The notes under the pieces: generated by a model
What the model was told of the DNA's origin: nothing
The model's input: only the letters and a program-made list of their open reading frames with translations
The model's database searches: none
Translations under genes and position numbers: made by a program
Assembly: GCA_964016885.1 (NCBI GenBank)
Contig: OZ024741.1
Coordinates: forward strand, 214,892,001-214,956,000
Source of the DNA: Eledone cirrhosa
Lineage: Eukaryota
Direction of reading: 5' to 3'
DNA: 64,000 nt
Part shown: piece after piece, positions 13,857 to 27,417 of the stretch
Position numbering within the stretch: the stretch's first letter is position 1
Layout of the letters: each line of letters begins with the position of its first letter

Positions 13857-14356
13857 ATACTTTGGGAGGGTCATGTTGCCAATAAGAAACACACGCACCA
13901 GTTGCTTTCACTTCAATTTAATTTAATATATATTTATAAATTTACAAATTTATAAATTTCTGGTTGGTTGGTTGGTTCCACAACCAGATAGTTGTTTATA
14001 TATATATAGTCATAGTTCTTTCGTCACACACTCTGTGACCTCTTCAGTGACTGGGGATTTCTTTCTTCGTTTCTGTGCCTTTCCTTTCTTCTATCCTACG
14101 CCATTTTGTTTGTGTGTGGGTTGCGTGCTCAGTTTGCGCATGCGCCACATCCGGGTGTCTGTGTGTGTTTGTGTTCATTTTTCTATTTTTATATTTTTAT
14201 ATTTATATTTGTTTGTTTATTTATTTATTTATTGTTGGTTGGTTGTTTGTTCTATGTGTGTGTGTGTTTTCATTTTGTCTTGTGTGTGTTTTCATTTTGT
14301 GTGTGTTTTCAATTGTAAGTTGTTTATATATGTGTGTGTGTGTTTTCATTTTGTCC

Positions 14357-17300
14357 TTAATTGTAAGTTGTGATGTTGCTGTTCCACTCATATTTTCTAT
14401 TTAATTTTGGTTTTAATTCTTTTATGCTTACTGCCTCTGTAATTTGCCTAAACATTGCGTCTTTCTTGTGTGTGGATTCTATTTTTATTTCTATGCTCTC
14501 TAATTTACCCCTGTGTTCTATCTTAGCATGTTGGTAGAGCACAGATGATTCTTTACTATCTTGGAGGTCTCGCCAGTGTTCATTTATTCGTTCCCCTATA
14601 CTACGAGCTGTCTCACCTATGTACACTATATTTTTGTTTCTACATTGTCCCTCAGTACATCTTATGCTATATACTACATTTCTAGTTTTACAGTTAATAT
14701 GGGGGCTTATTTTACAGGTTATACATTTCTTATCTATACATGAGGGTCTTTGGAACGGGTATGTCTTGCTAATAAGTGTTTTTACGGAGGTACCAGGTCT
14801 TTCTACTATCTTAATATTGAGATTATGTTTCTTTAGGGCCCTTCTAAATTTGTAGGCTAGTTCACCTCTAGGGGTTGTATTGATGAACATTACACTCTGG
14901 TATTTATTGCTATCATACCATGAGTTTATTCTATTGGCCTTGTTCTTAGTTCTTTCTATTCTATTCCAAAATTTGCTCCTATACAAGGGGCAGGTCCCAT
15001 TTATGTCATTATTTACCATTTTTTCCCATTTGGTTCTGGCTCCTTTATACACTCTGATTCTATCTCTCTGATTGTAGCCAGAGAACTGCATACGGTGGAT
15101 GAAGTGTTGTATGTGTCTCTCTAGTTCTTCGGGGTTGCACATGCGGGACACATTTCTCATCACCCGTATCAAATCCGCAATCAGTATGTTGATTTTGGTA
15201 TGGTCCGAAATGGCCGAGTTTCGGTGGATCAGATGTTTGGAAGTCATGGGTTTGGCATAATGGGAATGGAGGATTTGTTTTTGGTTGTTAATAGTATCTA
15301 ACCAGAGCTCTGTGTCTAGTACAGGTAATCGATGGTTGGGGTGTCTACTTGGGTAGTCTATAGTAACTCTAATGCTCTGGTGGATGGAGTTTGCTATTTG
15401 CTGGATGCTTTCCATTGTGTTTTTCTCAGGTTCCTGACTGTTCTTTAGTGGGGGTGTCTTAACTACGATGTTTATATCATCTACGTAGCGGGAGTACATT
15501 ATCAGGGTTAATCTGTCTTCTAATTGTTCTTTAAGTTTTTGTTTAAGTCTACTGTCCCACCATACCATGAACAAGTTAGCTATGTCGCCTGCAATGCTAA
15601 CACCAATGGCTGCTCCTTCCTCTTGGGCATATGTTTTACCATTAAATTTGAACATATGTTCCTTAAGGGTTAATTTTATGCTGGCCCCTACCGCATGTGC
15701 AATCATTTTCTTCAGTTCATCGTGGTTTTCGGGTGTCCGTATGGCTCTGGTCCACCCGTTCCATCTATCTGTGTGGGTTTTCTTGGCCATTGAGGTAATG
15801 GTAGGTGGTCTGCCTCTTGCTGGTCTTGTAGGGCACAGGTTGCTAAGGTCATAAGTGTCTAGGTAACTATTACTATGGGTAAGCTTAAGTAGAAGTCCCA
15901 GCTCACTGGTATCAATCCCACGGAACTCAACCTTGCTCTCGCTGATCATTTCGACGCATTTCTCCACAGCAAAATCCACGTCAATAGATGGATACAGGGA
16001 CACAACATCCATACTGCCTATTATGCAGTTTGTTAGGTCCCCAGATCGGTTACCCGCGTCGATTCTGCTGAGGAGGTCCTCCGTGCTGTCACACACATCT
16101 GGGGACATCTCAATGATGGGGCGTATGATCAGGGAGAGGAAGTAGGACAGTCTGTAGTTACTAGCAATGTTAGCCCCACAGACTGGCCGTGTTGGTGGTC
16201 CCGCGACAGGGTCCCAGCCCGTTTTATGGTCTTTTCGAAGCCCATACAACGCCGGCACGTCATTGTTCCAGACCTGGAAGTTGTTGGCAGTCCTTTTGTT
16301 GGGCTGCATTATATTTGTCCACATCACCATATGGGCATTGAGGGTTTTTTCTCTGTCCTCATGCTCCTGTGGTGTTACCTCTCTTGTGTTAGTGATGTGG
16401 GGTTGCATTGCCTGGATGTAGTTTGGCAGGCTGTCAACCGACATTCTGCCAGACTTGTCTGTTGGAAAGCATGCTATCTCTCCATTACGCGAGCGCTGCA
16501 TGAGCTTACGCAAGCCATTTGCAGATTCTTCTCCCAGTTGCTGGGCCTCTATTCTATTATGCTTCTTGCTATACTGTTCTATAATATTTCTAAGTTCGGA
16601 TTTAGCTATACTAAATTGTGCTTCTGTTTGTTCATCGACCTGCGACGGCAACTGCGTGCGTTTGTTAAATGGCAAAGTCGTGGCGTGGACTCGTCGTAGG
16701 TCGAATGATTTATCGGAGTGGTTATAAAACGGAGAGTTCCAGGCTGCTGCTTTATGTGTACTTGCGCTATTGTTAGTTGTGTTGTTTCTATTTCCACCAA
16801 CAGCAGCAGCCTCAGCTTCATGGTTGTTTCTATGTCTCTCATAATTACTCCTGTCTCTTTCCACTGGCTCAATGTTGTTATCTACCCTATTTTGTGTGTC
16901 TGTGTGTTCGTCTTGGTTATTCTCTTTGTCCTTAGTCTCCCTACTCCTTTTAATCCTATTACTTTCTCTTATTTCTCTGATTTCTGTGCTACTGTCATTA
17001 CTTGTTTTCTGTGTCTGTGTGTTTGTTAAGATTGTAGTGGTGGTGAGAGGCATTGAATGTGTGTGTGTTGTTGTTGTTGATGTGTGTTGTTGTTGATGTG
17101 TGTTGTTGTCTCCGTGTGTGTGTGTGTTATCGTTGTTGTGTGTGTTGTTATTGTTGTTTGTGTTTGCGTGTCTGTTGTTGTTGTATCTGGGTATGTTGCT
17201 GTTGTTGTTGTTGTTGATGTGTGTGTTGTTGTTATTGTTGTCTCCGTGTGTGTTGTTATTGTTGTTTGTGTCTGCGTGTCTGTTGTATCTGGGTATGTTG

Positions 17301-17573
17301 CTATTGTTGGTATTGTATCTGGGTATGTTGCTATTGTTGTTGTTATTGTTTGTGTCTGTGTGTCTGTTGTTGTTGGGATGTGTGTTGTATATGTGTGTGC
17401 GTATATTGTTGCTTTTGTTTTTGTTTTTGATGCTCCAGCGTAGTTTCGTAAATGATTTTTCTATTTCTGACAGACAACTAATCATATTTACCTTCTTGAA
17501 TGTCGCAAATTTGGGTGGCAAACGTAACACAGACATTTCATTATTATCTATTTTCGTGTTTCCATAAATGTTG
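14357..17573 (-). pseudogene. 5'-truncated inverted copy of the PLE RT/GIY-YIG ORF
   Basis: Identical to the 19182-22398 protein except NFQV versus NFQA. Confidence 0.95.
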
Positions 17574-18104
17574 TTCATCAATACAACCCCTAGAGGTGAA
17601 CTAGCCTACAAATTTAGAAGGGCCCTAAAGAAACATAATTTCAATATTAAGATAGTAGAAAGACCTGGTACCTCCGTAAAAACACTTATTAGCAAGACAT
17701 ACCCGTTCCAAAGACCCTCATGTATAGATAAGAAATGTATAACCTGTAAAATAAGCCCCCATATTAACTGTAAAACTAGAAATGTAGTATATAGCATAAG
17801 ATGTACTGAGGGACAATGTAGAAACAAAAATATAGTGTACATAGGTGAGACAGCTCGTAGTATAGGGGAACGAATAAATGAACACTGGCGAGACCTCCAA
17901 GATAGTAAAGAATCATCTGTGCTCTACCAACATGCTAAGATAGAACACAGGGGTAAATTAGAGAGCATAGAAATAAAAATAGAATCCACACACAAGAAAG
18001 ACGCAATGTTTAGGCAAATTACAGAGGCAGTAAGCATAAAAGAATTAAAACCAAAATTAAATAGAAAATATGAGTGGAACAGCAACATCACAACTTACAA
18101 TTAA
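17572..18104 (+). pseudogene. GIY-YIG C-terminal duplicate inside the upstream pseudo-LTR
   Basis: Same as the C-terminus of the main ORF except KHNF versus KHNL. Confidence 0.95.
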
Positions 18105-18306
18105 GGACAAAATGAAAACACACACACACATATATAAACAACTTACAATTGAAAACACACACAAAATGAAAACACACACAAGACAAAATGAAAACACACA
18201 CACACATAGAACAAACAACCAACCAACAATAAATAAATAAATAAACAAACAAATATAAATATAAAAATATAAAAATAGAAAAATGAACACAAACACACAC
18301 AGACAC

Positions 18307-18362
18307 CCGGATGTGGCGCATGCGCAAACTGAGCACGCAACCCACACACAAACAAAATGGCG
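18307..18362 (+). promoter_or_regulatory. Candidate pseudo-LTR promoter (ETS-like CCGGATGT, NRF1-like GCGCATGCGC, YY1-like AAAATGGCG)
   Basis: GC-rich island in an otherwise A/C-rich UTR, just upstream of the HHR and ATG; function inferred. Confidence 0.45.
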
Positions 18363-18416
18363 TAGGATAGAAGAAAGGAAAGGCACAGAAACGAAGAAAC
18401 GAAGAAAGAAATCCCC

Positions 18417-18461
18417 AGTCACTGAAGAGGTCACAGAGTGTGTGACGAAAGAACTATGACT
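18417..18461 (+). ncRNA. Minimal type I hammerhead ribozyme in the pseudo-LTR (copies at 22711-22755 plus and 14008-14052 minus)
   Basis: AGTCA-CTGAAGA-g-GTCACA/TGTGAC-GAAA-GAAC-TA-TGACT. Confidence 0.8.
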
Positions 18462-18594
18462 ATATATATATAAACAACTATCTGGTTGTGGAACCAACCA
18501 ACCAACCAGAAATTTATAAATTTGTAAATTTATAAATATATATTAAATTAAATTGAAGTGAAAGCAACTGGTGCGTGTGTTTCTTATTGGCAAC

Positions 18595-21500
18595 ATGACC
18601 CTCCCAAAGTATAACAATATCGGTTTCAACACACGATTTCAGATAAAGAATCTTGCTAAACAAATTCAGAAACGAAATATCGTAAGCCTTAGCCAGGCTA
18701 ACAAGATACTGAAAACCACCATGTTCTGTTGTCTACGAAAAACCATAACATCTCGACAACTACACTTCATAAAACTGTGCACCACTTCTAGAATCTACAC
18801 CAACACCATCAATACCGACGTTAGAAGATTACAACTCACCAAAAAACAAGCAGATAGGCTAAAATGAACTTTAATTCTAAACATAAAAAAGAAGATCTAT
18901 AGAGAATTAAGTCATCAAGAAAAACTAAAGCGTAACCTAATAGATGAAATATCTAAAATCACCACACCAGCAGAAAAACTAACATTTATAAGCCTTATAC
19001 GCCCCGAAGAACAGTACATTACTCAAGAATGTAATAAGCACTTTAACAGAAAATTAAAGTGGCTTAAACAGGCAAAGCTAAATCGGGATACTATAGAGTA
19101 TACCAATAGATATCCCGACAAAATTGACGGTATCAACATGGCCGACACCTCATTATCTGAAGAGTTCAACAATAAAAATACCAACATTTATGGAAACACG
19201 AAAATAGATAATAATGAAATGTCTGTGTTACGTTTGCCACCCAAATTTGCGACATTCAAGAAGGTAAATATGATTAGTTGTCTGTCAGAAATAGAAAAAT
19301 CATTTACGAAACTACGCTGGAGCATCAAAAACAAAAACAAAAGCAACAATATACGCACACACATATACAACACACATCCCAACAACAACAGACACACAGA
19401 CACAAACAATAACAACAACAATAGCAACATACCCAGATACAATACCAACAATAGCAACATACCCAGATACAACAGACACGCAGACACAAACAACAATAAC
19501 AACACACACGGAGACAACAATAACAACAACACACACATCAACAACAACAACAACAGCAACATACCCAGATACAACAACAACAGACACGCAAACACAAACA
19601 ACAATAACAACACACACAACAACGATAACACACACACACACGGAGACAACAACACACATCAACAACAACACACATCAACAACAACAACACACACACATTC
19701 AATGCCTCTCACCACCACTACAATCTTAACAAACACACAGACACAGAAAACAAGTAATGACAGTAGCACAGAAATCAGAGAAATAAGAGAAAGTAATAGG
19801 ATTAAAAGGAGTAGGGAGACTAAGGACAAAGAGAATAACCAAGACGAACACACAGACACACAAAATAGGGTAGATAACAACATTGAGCCAGTGGAAAGAG
19901 ACAGGAGTAATTATGAGAGACATAGAAACAACCATGAAGCTGAGGCTGCTGCTGTTGGTGGAAATAGAAACAACACAACTAACAATAGCGCAAGTACACA
20001 TAAAGCAGCAGCCTGGAACTCTCCGTTTTATAACCACTCCGATAAATCATTCGACCTACGACGAGTCCACGCCACGACTTTGCCATTTAACAAACGCACG
20101 CAGTTGCCGTCGCAGGTCGATGAACAAACAGAAGCACAATTTAGTATAGCTAAATCCGAACTTAGAAATATTATAGAACAGTATAGCAAGAAGCATAATA
20201 GAATAGAGGCCCAGCAACTGGGAGAAGAATCTGCAAATGGCTTGCGTAAGCTCATGCAGCGCTCGCGTAATGGAGAGATAGCATGCTTTCCAACAGACAA
20301 GTCTGGCAGAATGTCGGTTGACAGCCTGCCAAACTACATCCAGGCAATGCAACCCCACATCACTAACACAAGAGAGGTAACACCACAGGAGCATGAGGAC
20401 AGAGAAAAAACCCTCAATGCCCATATGGTGATGTGGACAAATATAATGCAGCCCAACAAAAGGACTGCCAACAACTTCCAGGCCTGGAACAATGACGTGC
20501 CGGCGTTGTATGGGCTTCGAAAAGACCATAAAACGGGCTGGGACCCTGTCGCGGGACCACCAACACGGCCAGTCTGTGGGGCTAACATTGCTAGTAACTA
20601 CAGACTGTCCTACTTCCTCTCCCTGATCATACGCCCCATCATTGAGATGTCCCCAGATGTGTGTGACAGCACGGAGGACCTCCTCAGCAGAATCGACGCG
20701 GGTAACCGATCTGGGGACCTAACAAACTGCATAATAGGCAGTATGGATGTTGTGTCCCTGTATCCATCTATTGACGTGGATTTTGCTGTGGAGAAATGCG
20801 TCGAAATGATCAGCGAGAGCAAGGTTGAGTTCCGTGGGATTGATACCAGTGAGCTGGGACTTCTACTTAAGCTTACCCATAGTAATAGTTACCTAGACAC
20901 TTATGACCTTAGCAACCTGTGCCCTACAAGACCAGCAAGAGGCAGACCACCTACCATTACCTCAATGGCCAAGAAAACCCACACAGATAGATGGAACGGG
21001 TGGACCAGAGCCATACGGACACCCGAAAACCACGATGAACTGAAGAAAATGATTGCACATGCGGTAGGGGCCAGCATAAAATTAACCCTTAAGGAACATA
21101 TGTTCAAATTTAATGGTAAAACATATGCCCAAGAGGAAGGAGCAGCCATTGGTGTTAGCATTGCAGGCGACATAGCTAACTTGTTCATGGTATGGTGGGA
21201 CAGTAGACTTAAACAAAAACTTAAAGAACAATTAGAAGACAGATTAACCCTGATAATGTACTCCCGCTACGTAGATGATATAAACATCGTAGTTAAGACA
21301 CCCCCACTAAAGAACAGTCAGGAACCTGAGAAAAACACAATGGAAAGCATCCAGCAAATAGCAAACTCCATCCACCAGAGCATTAGAGTTACTATAGACT
21401 ACCCAAGTAGACACCCCAACCATCGATTACCTGTACTAGACACAGAGCTCTGGTTAGATACTATTAACAACCAAAAACAAATCCTCCATTCCCATTATGC

Positions 21501-22398
21501 CAAACCCATGACTTCCAAACATCTGATCCACCGAAACTCGGCCATTTCGGACCATACCAAAATCAACATACTGATTGCGGATTTGATACGGGTGATGAGA
21601 AATGTGTCCCGCATGTGCAACCCCGAAGAACTAGAGAGACACATACAACACTTCATCCACCGTATGCAGTTCTCTGGCTACAATCAGAGAGATAGAATCA
21701 GAGTGTATAAAGGAGCCAGAACCAAATGGGAAAAAATGGTAAATAATGACATAAATGGGACCTGCCCCTTGTATAGGAGCAAATTTTGGAATAGAATAGA
21801 AAGAACTAAGAACAAGGCCAATAGAATAAACTCATGGTATGATAGCAATAAATACCAGAGTGTAATGTTCATCAATACAACCCCTAGAGGTGAACTAGCC
21901 TACAAATTTAGAAGGGCCCTAAAGAAACATAATCTCAATATTAAGATAGTAGAAAGACCTGGTACCTCCGTAAAAACACTTATTAGCAAGACATACCCGT
22001 TCCAAAGACCCTCATGTATAGATAAGAAATGTATAACCTGTAAAATAAGCCCCCATATTAACTGTAAAACTAGAAATGTAGTATATAGCATAAGATGTAC
22101 TGAGGGACAATGTAGAAACAAAAATATAGTGTACATAGGTGAGACAGCTCGTAGTATAGGGGAACGAATAAATGAACACTGGCGAGACCTCCAAGATAGT
22201 AAAGAATCATCTGTGCTCTACCAACATGCTAAGATAGAACACAGGGGTAAATTAGAGAGCATAGAAATAAAAATAGAATCCACACACAAGAAAGACGCAA
22301 TGTTTAGGCAAATTACAGAGGCAGTAAGCATAAAAGAATTAAAACCAAAATTAAATAGAAAATATGAGTGGAACAGCAACATCACAACTTACAATTAA
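18595..22398 (+). CDS. PLE polyprotein (reverse transcriptase + Cys linker + GIY-YIG endonuclease); one in-frame TGA at 18865-18867
   Basis: PTDKSG, LYGLRKDHK, RPV, SMDVVSLYPSI, GAAIG, RYVDD, NVVYSIRC..YIGETARS..ERINEH. ORF 18571-18867, segment 18868-19137 and ORF 19138-22398 share one frame with no other stop. Confidence 0.93.
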
Positions 22399-22968
22399 GG
22401 ACAAAATGAAAACACACACACACATATATAAACAACTTACAATTGAAAACACACACAAAATGAAAACACACACAAGACAAAATGAAAACACACACACACA
22501 TAGAACAAACAACCAACCAACAATAAATAAATAAATAAACAAACAAATATAAATATAAAAATATAAAAATAGAAAAATGAACACAAACACACACAGACAC
22601 CCGGATGTGGCGCATGCGCAAACTGAGCACGCAACCCACACACAAACAAAATGGCGTAGGATAGAAGAAAGGAAAGGCACAGAAACGAAGAAACGAAGAA
22701 AGAAATCCCCAGTCACTGAAGAGGTCACAGAGTGTGTGACGAAAGAACTATGACTATATATATATAAACAACTATCTGGTTGTGGAACCAACCAACCAAC
22801 CAGAAATTTATAAATTTGTAAATTTATAAATATATATTAAATTAAATTGAAGTGAAAGCAACTGGTGCGTGTGTTTCTTATTGGCAACATGACCCTCCCA
22901 AAGTATAACAATATCGGTTTCAACACACGATTTCAGATAAAGAATCTTGCTAAACAAATTCAGAAACG

Positions 22969-23010
<42 letters not shown>

Positions 23011-23015
<5 letters not shown>

Positions 23016-23760
23016 CATACATATATATAAAGTCATAGATATATATCTGTTTTGCAATCGGTCACATTGTGGCTCAATCAGAAATTCAGAAATTAATTTA
23101 AATTAAATAATCAGAGCGATATATCATAAATATGTCTTTAGAATCACTAGATATAATATATACCATTTCCTCTCTCAATTAGTATAATTACCGATATAAA
23201 AAATCAATTAGACCAAGCTATAAGTATAAAGGCTGCTATGAAGAAATCTTCGACAAACAACCGAAAGCAGCCCCTTCGCGGTGGCTACAATAGATTATTT
23301 ATCTAACATTTCGATAGCATGTAAAAATCGACCAGATATACAGTCAACTAAACACAATTATGTGTTAAATTGAACTTAGAAGAATTGCGTACATATCAAA
23401 TTACCTCTACCATGGTTTCATCCGTATTTTAAGACATCCTATAATAAGCTATATCCGGAGCTTCGGAATCATCAGGAGCGAGCTCCAAATAAGACATTTA
23501 ATTATCCAAAGTGATCGCGCCAAAAATACATTCAAAAATGGCTAAGAATCATGACGTGGCAGCGGTCAAGTTAGAAAGGATGTGACTAGTTGCTTACGGC
23601 GGGGAGGCTTATTGCTAGAAAGCGCAGCCTAATATCGCCAAATTGTATCACAACCTAACGGGAGATTATTACATATAAAGATTTACATACATATAAAGTC
23701 ATAAATATATATGTGTTTTGCAATCGGTCACGTTGTGGCTCAATGAGAAATTAATAAATT
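23011..23760 (-). mobile_element. About 670-bp non-coding monomer with terminal direct repeats and an HHR (23405-23478); retrozyme-like
   Basis: 23011-23085 is repeated at 23681-23752. Minus strand CTC-CTGATGA-tTCCG...CGGAt-GAAA-CCATGG-TA-GAG. Relatives at 53190-53720 and 60595-60810. Confidence 0.75.
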
Positions 23761-23886
23761 ATAATATATATATATATATGTATATATACGTATAAGCATA
23801 TGTATATATATGTATATATAAATACATGTATGTATCATCATCATCATCCTCACAGTTTTACGTCCGTTCTTCCAAGCTACCATGGG

Positions 23887-23918
<32 letters not shown>

Positions 23919-24109
23919 TGTACAGAAGTCCGAAAAGTCAGGTTATTATACTTATATCTGTGTATGTATGTGTGTGTATGTTTGTGTGTGTGTGTGTGTC
24001 TGTGTGTGTGTGTCTGTGCCTGGGTACCTCTACGCATAATATATATATATATATGTATGTCTCTGTATGTATACACAGACACACAGATATTCACACACAC
24101 GCACACACA

Positions 24110-24142
<33 letters not shown>

Positions 24143-24508
24143 CCACACAAATACATACATATATAATATATATATAATATAACTATTTTGACCTCTGTCG
24201 TTGAGCTCTAACGACCGTGTCAACTCCACCATTTCAACAGAAATCTATTAAAATGTATCTTCAGTTAAATGTCGTCCTCTGTCACAACGGACACCGGGTT
24301 TTCATGTTGCCTCCAACAAATATTCCACATGACCTTTAACCCTTTCACTCCACCATATCGTCATTTTGTTGTCACCGTTGACTTTTACCTTGTTTATACT
24401 ACCATGCCGACCGATAGCTGATACATACAACCGTCCTTCCATTAAGCCTACATACATACATATGTACATACATACATACATACATACATACATACATACA
24501 TACATACA

Positions 24509-24541
<33 letters not shown>

Positions 24542-24704
24542 TTGTGTTCGTGTCTGTATGTAGATATTTATACACATGCACGCACACGAACACACAAACA
24601 CACACATACACATATATAATATACATATTTATATATGTTATATTCATTGAAATAAATACATACATTCCACCACTTGCGTGTATTATATATATATATATAT
24701 ATAC

Positions 24705-24803
<99 letters not shown>

Positions 24804-24807
24804 TGTT

Positions 24808-24859
<52 letters not shown>

Positions 24860-25398
24860 TATGTATAGACATTACATAAAATTGGTTGTTAAAATCTATT
24901 CTATGTCGAAAGATCATCAGGCCGTTGCTTATTCCAAGTTTTTATTGCGTTAAGCGAAAGGGGGTACAACACTCTCCCTGGACAGGACACCAGTCGATTG
25001 CAGAATTGACTTGCTAGCTACTGCTGGTGCTTACTCCTAGCTGCACGAGCTTTTCCAGTCTCCATCTACTGAATTTCACGCTTTATTAATAAGACATTTG
25101 TCAACATGAAACCATAGTCGAAGACATTTGTTCAATGTGCCACTCAGCGGGAATGAACACGAAATAAACTAGATATAAAGTAACTTTCTTCACATCACAG
25201 CTTTGACTGTAATTTCTAGCAGGATCTTCAAGCAGTCAGAGACCCCTCCATACACACCAGATGCAACACATTACAATACACACCATACATATAGAGAGAA
25301 ACATGCCATTACAACCAGACATATTTAGTCTTTAAAAATCAAACAACATATAAAAACGACATTCCTACTCAAACTCAAAACCACTAACCACACACGCC

Positions 25399-25506
<108 letters not shown>

Positions 25507-25672
25507 TACACGCGCAGACATACACACACACACATACATATACACACAATTATATATATATATATATATGTGTGTGTGTGCATATGATTATACATGTATA
25601 CATATATATATACATACCGCATACGGACGCTTTAAGCATCCAATCCCAATTATATACATATGTATATATCTA

Positions 25673-25721
<49 letters not shown>

Positions 25722-25732
25722 CTATGTATGTA

Positions 25733-25814
<82 letters not shown>

Positions 25815-26709
25815 CATATATGTATTCATTCATAAAATTACATATACATTCACACACGCACACACGCACGCACACACACATACCCCCCCCCCCCCACACA
25901 CACACACATATATATATATATATCATATATATACACATCACGACAACCCTGCCCACACCCAAACATTCACCAACCACACAAACAAAACATACAAAACAGA
26001 AAAAAGCAACAATAAAAAGATTGAACTTGTTTGTGTATATTTAACATGAATACATGAATACAACTATTCTATACACACACACAACGTGTGTATAATTTCT
26101 CTATACACACACTACTGTGTGTCTATAGATTTTAAAATAGGACCACCAACAGCTATCCTTTTTAAAAGGGAATCAGGATGGCGTATTCATTAAAGGTGCT
26201 ATTATTCCCCTTACAAAACACGTAATTAAGGGTTTTCAGCTATGCCGATTATGCTATATATTTTCCCAGATTTAAAGCTACCCCTAAAAATAGATACAGA
26301 TCTTTTCATGGAAAAATATAAAAATAAAATTAGAAAAATAACGAAAAATATAGAAATTTATGGATTTGTATTGATCTGAAATGGTATAAAGTAATATAAA
26401 AGAAATGTCATAGTGGTTGAGGATATGGGAGAGGTTTAGCTTTCTTCTTTCTTCTTCTTTTGAAAAGATGCATTTTTGTTTGAAAAGAATCATCATCATC
26501 GCAGTCTTAGCTCTCTTCCGGTCGTCGATGACTCAACTTTGCTTCATTATCAGGGCATTATGGTGGCCAGACACGAGACGACACGAGACGGTACGAGACA
26601 TAAGGCGTTGCGACACGAGACATGACGAGTCGAGACGAGACGAGACGAGACTAGACCATTGATATTTTCGTGAGGAAAAGTAACTTGGAAAACCAGAATA
26701 CCATCTTAA

Positions 26710-27156
26710 CTCTTTAGCATTTAAACCGGCCGTATCCGGCCAGAATTCTCTCTCCTCTTTCTGTTCAAACTATCTATAACTGGCCGCTCATACTGATGTT
26801 AAGATATTGTTAAGATGTGAAGATATTAAAATAAATGATATCAAAATCTCATACATTCGATATTATGTGAGGTAAAACCTCACATAAAAATCTCACATAA
26901 TAGAGCGGTGAATTGGCAGTATCGGTAGAGGGTCGGACGCCATGCTTTCCAGCATAGTTACGTCCCTTTACGGTCTGAGTTCAAATCCCGTCGAGGTTAA
27001 CTTTGCCTTTCATCCTTACAGGGTCGATAAAATAAAGTAACAGTAATGAACTTGTTAATTGCTGGCCTTGTGCCAAAAGTAGAAACAATTATGTGAGATA
27101 AAACCGTTACCATGGAAACATAATAGTAAATATAGAGTAATGGAAATGCTAAAGGG
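26710..27156. mobile_element. piggyBac-type MITE containing a SINE insertion
   Basis: TTAA|CTCTTTAGCATTT ... AAATGCTAAAGGG|TTAA; SINE at 26903-27090 is flanked by near-duplicated ATTATGTGAGRTAAAACC. Confidence 0.7.
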
Positions 27157-27184
27157 TTAACGTTAGGAATGTAATGTAGTAATA

Positions 27185-27379
27185 CAGACCTGCCAACCTC
27201 TAAAATTCCAAACAGGAAGTACTATAAAAAAAAGTGCGCCCAAACTGGGAAAAATGAAGCAAAATGGGGAGATTTTACCTAATGAAAGCTATACCCATTT
27301 TCACTAGAGAAGATATCTCTCACTCACTCTAATGTAGCTGGGAGATTACCCCGTCGGACGGGGAGAGCTGACAGGTCTG
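27185..27379. mobile_element. MITE with imperfect TIRs
   Basis: CAGACCTGCCAAC ... GCTGACAGGTCTG, flanked by ATA on both sides. Confidence 0.6.
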
Positions 27380-27417
27380 ATAATCTGTCTGTAATCCAAC
27401 CAAGGAGGGAGCCTTAT

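Larger units (their letters stand above)
13850..22974. mobile_element. Young Penelope-like retroelement: inverted 5'-truncated copy (13850-17573, minus) + upstream pseudo-LTR (from 17572) + full ORF + downstream pseudo-LTR (to 22974)
   Basis: 17572 onward repeats 21866 onward (offset 4294); 13850-17573 is the reverse complement of 19182-22912; both ends merge into (AT)n. Confidence 0.97.

Noticed and set aside
14357-17581. 1074-aa ORF as an independent gene with its own start
   Set aside because: The start codons come from the inversion junction; it is a truncated copy of the PLE ORF
22399-22760. SECIS element for the in-frame TGA
   Set aside because: ATGA motifs lie in A/C-rich sequence with no pairing partner; no SECIS stem visible by eye
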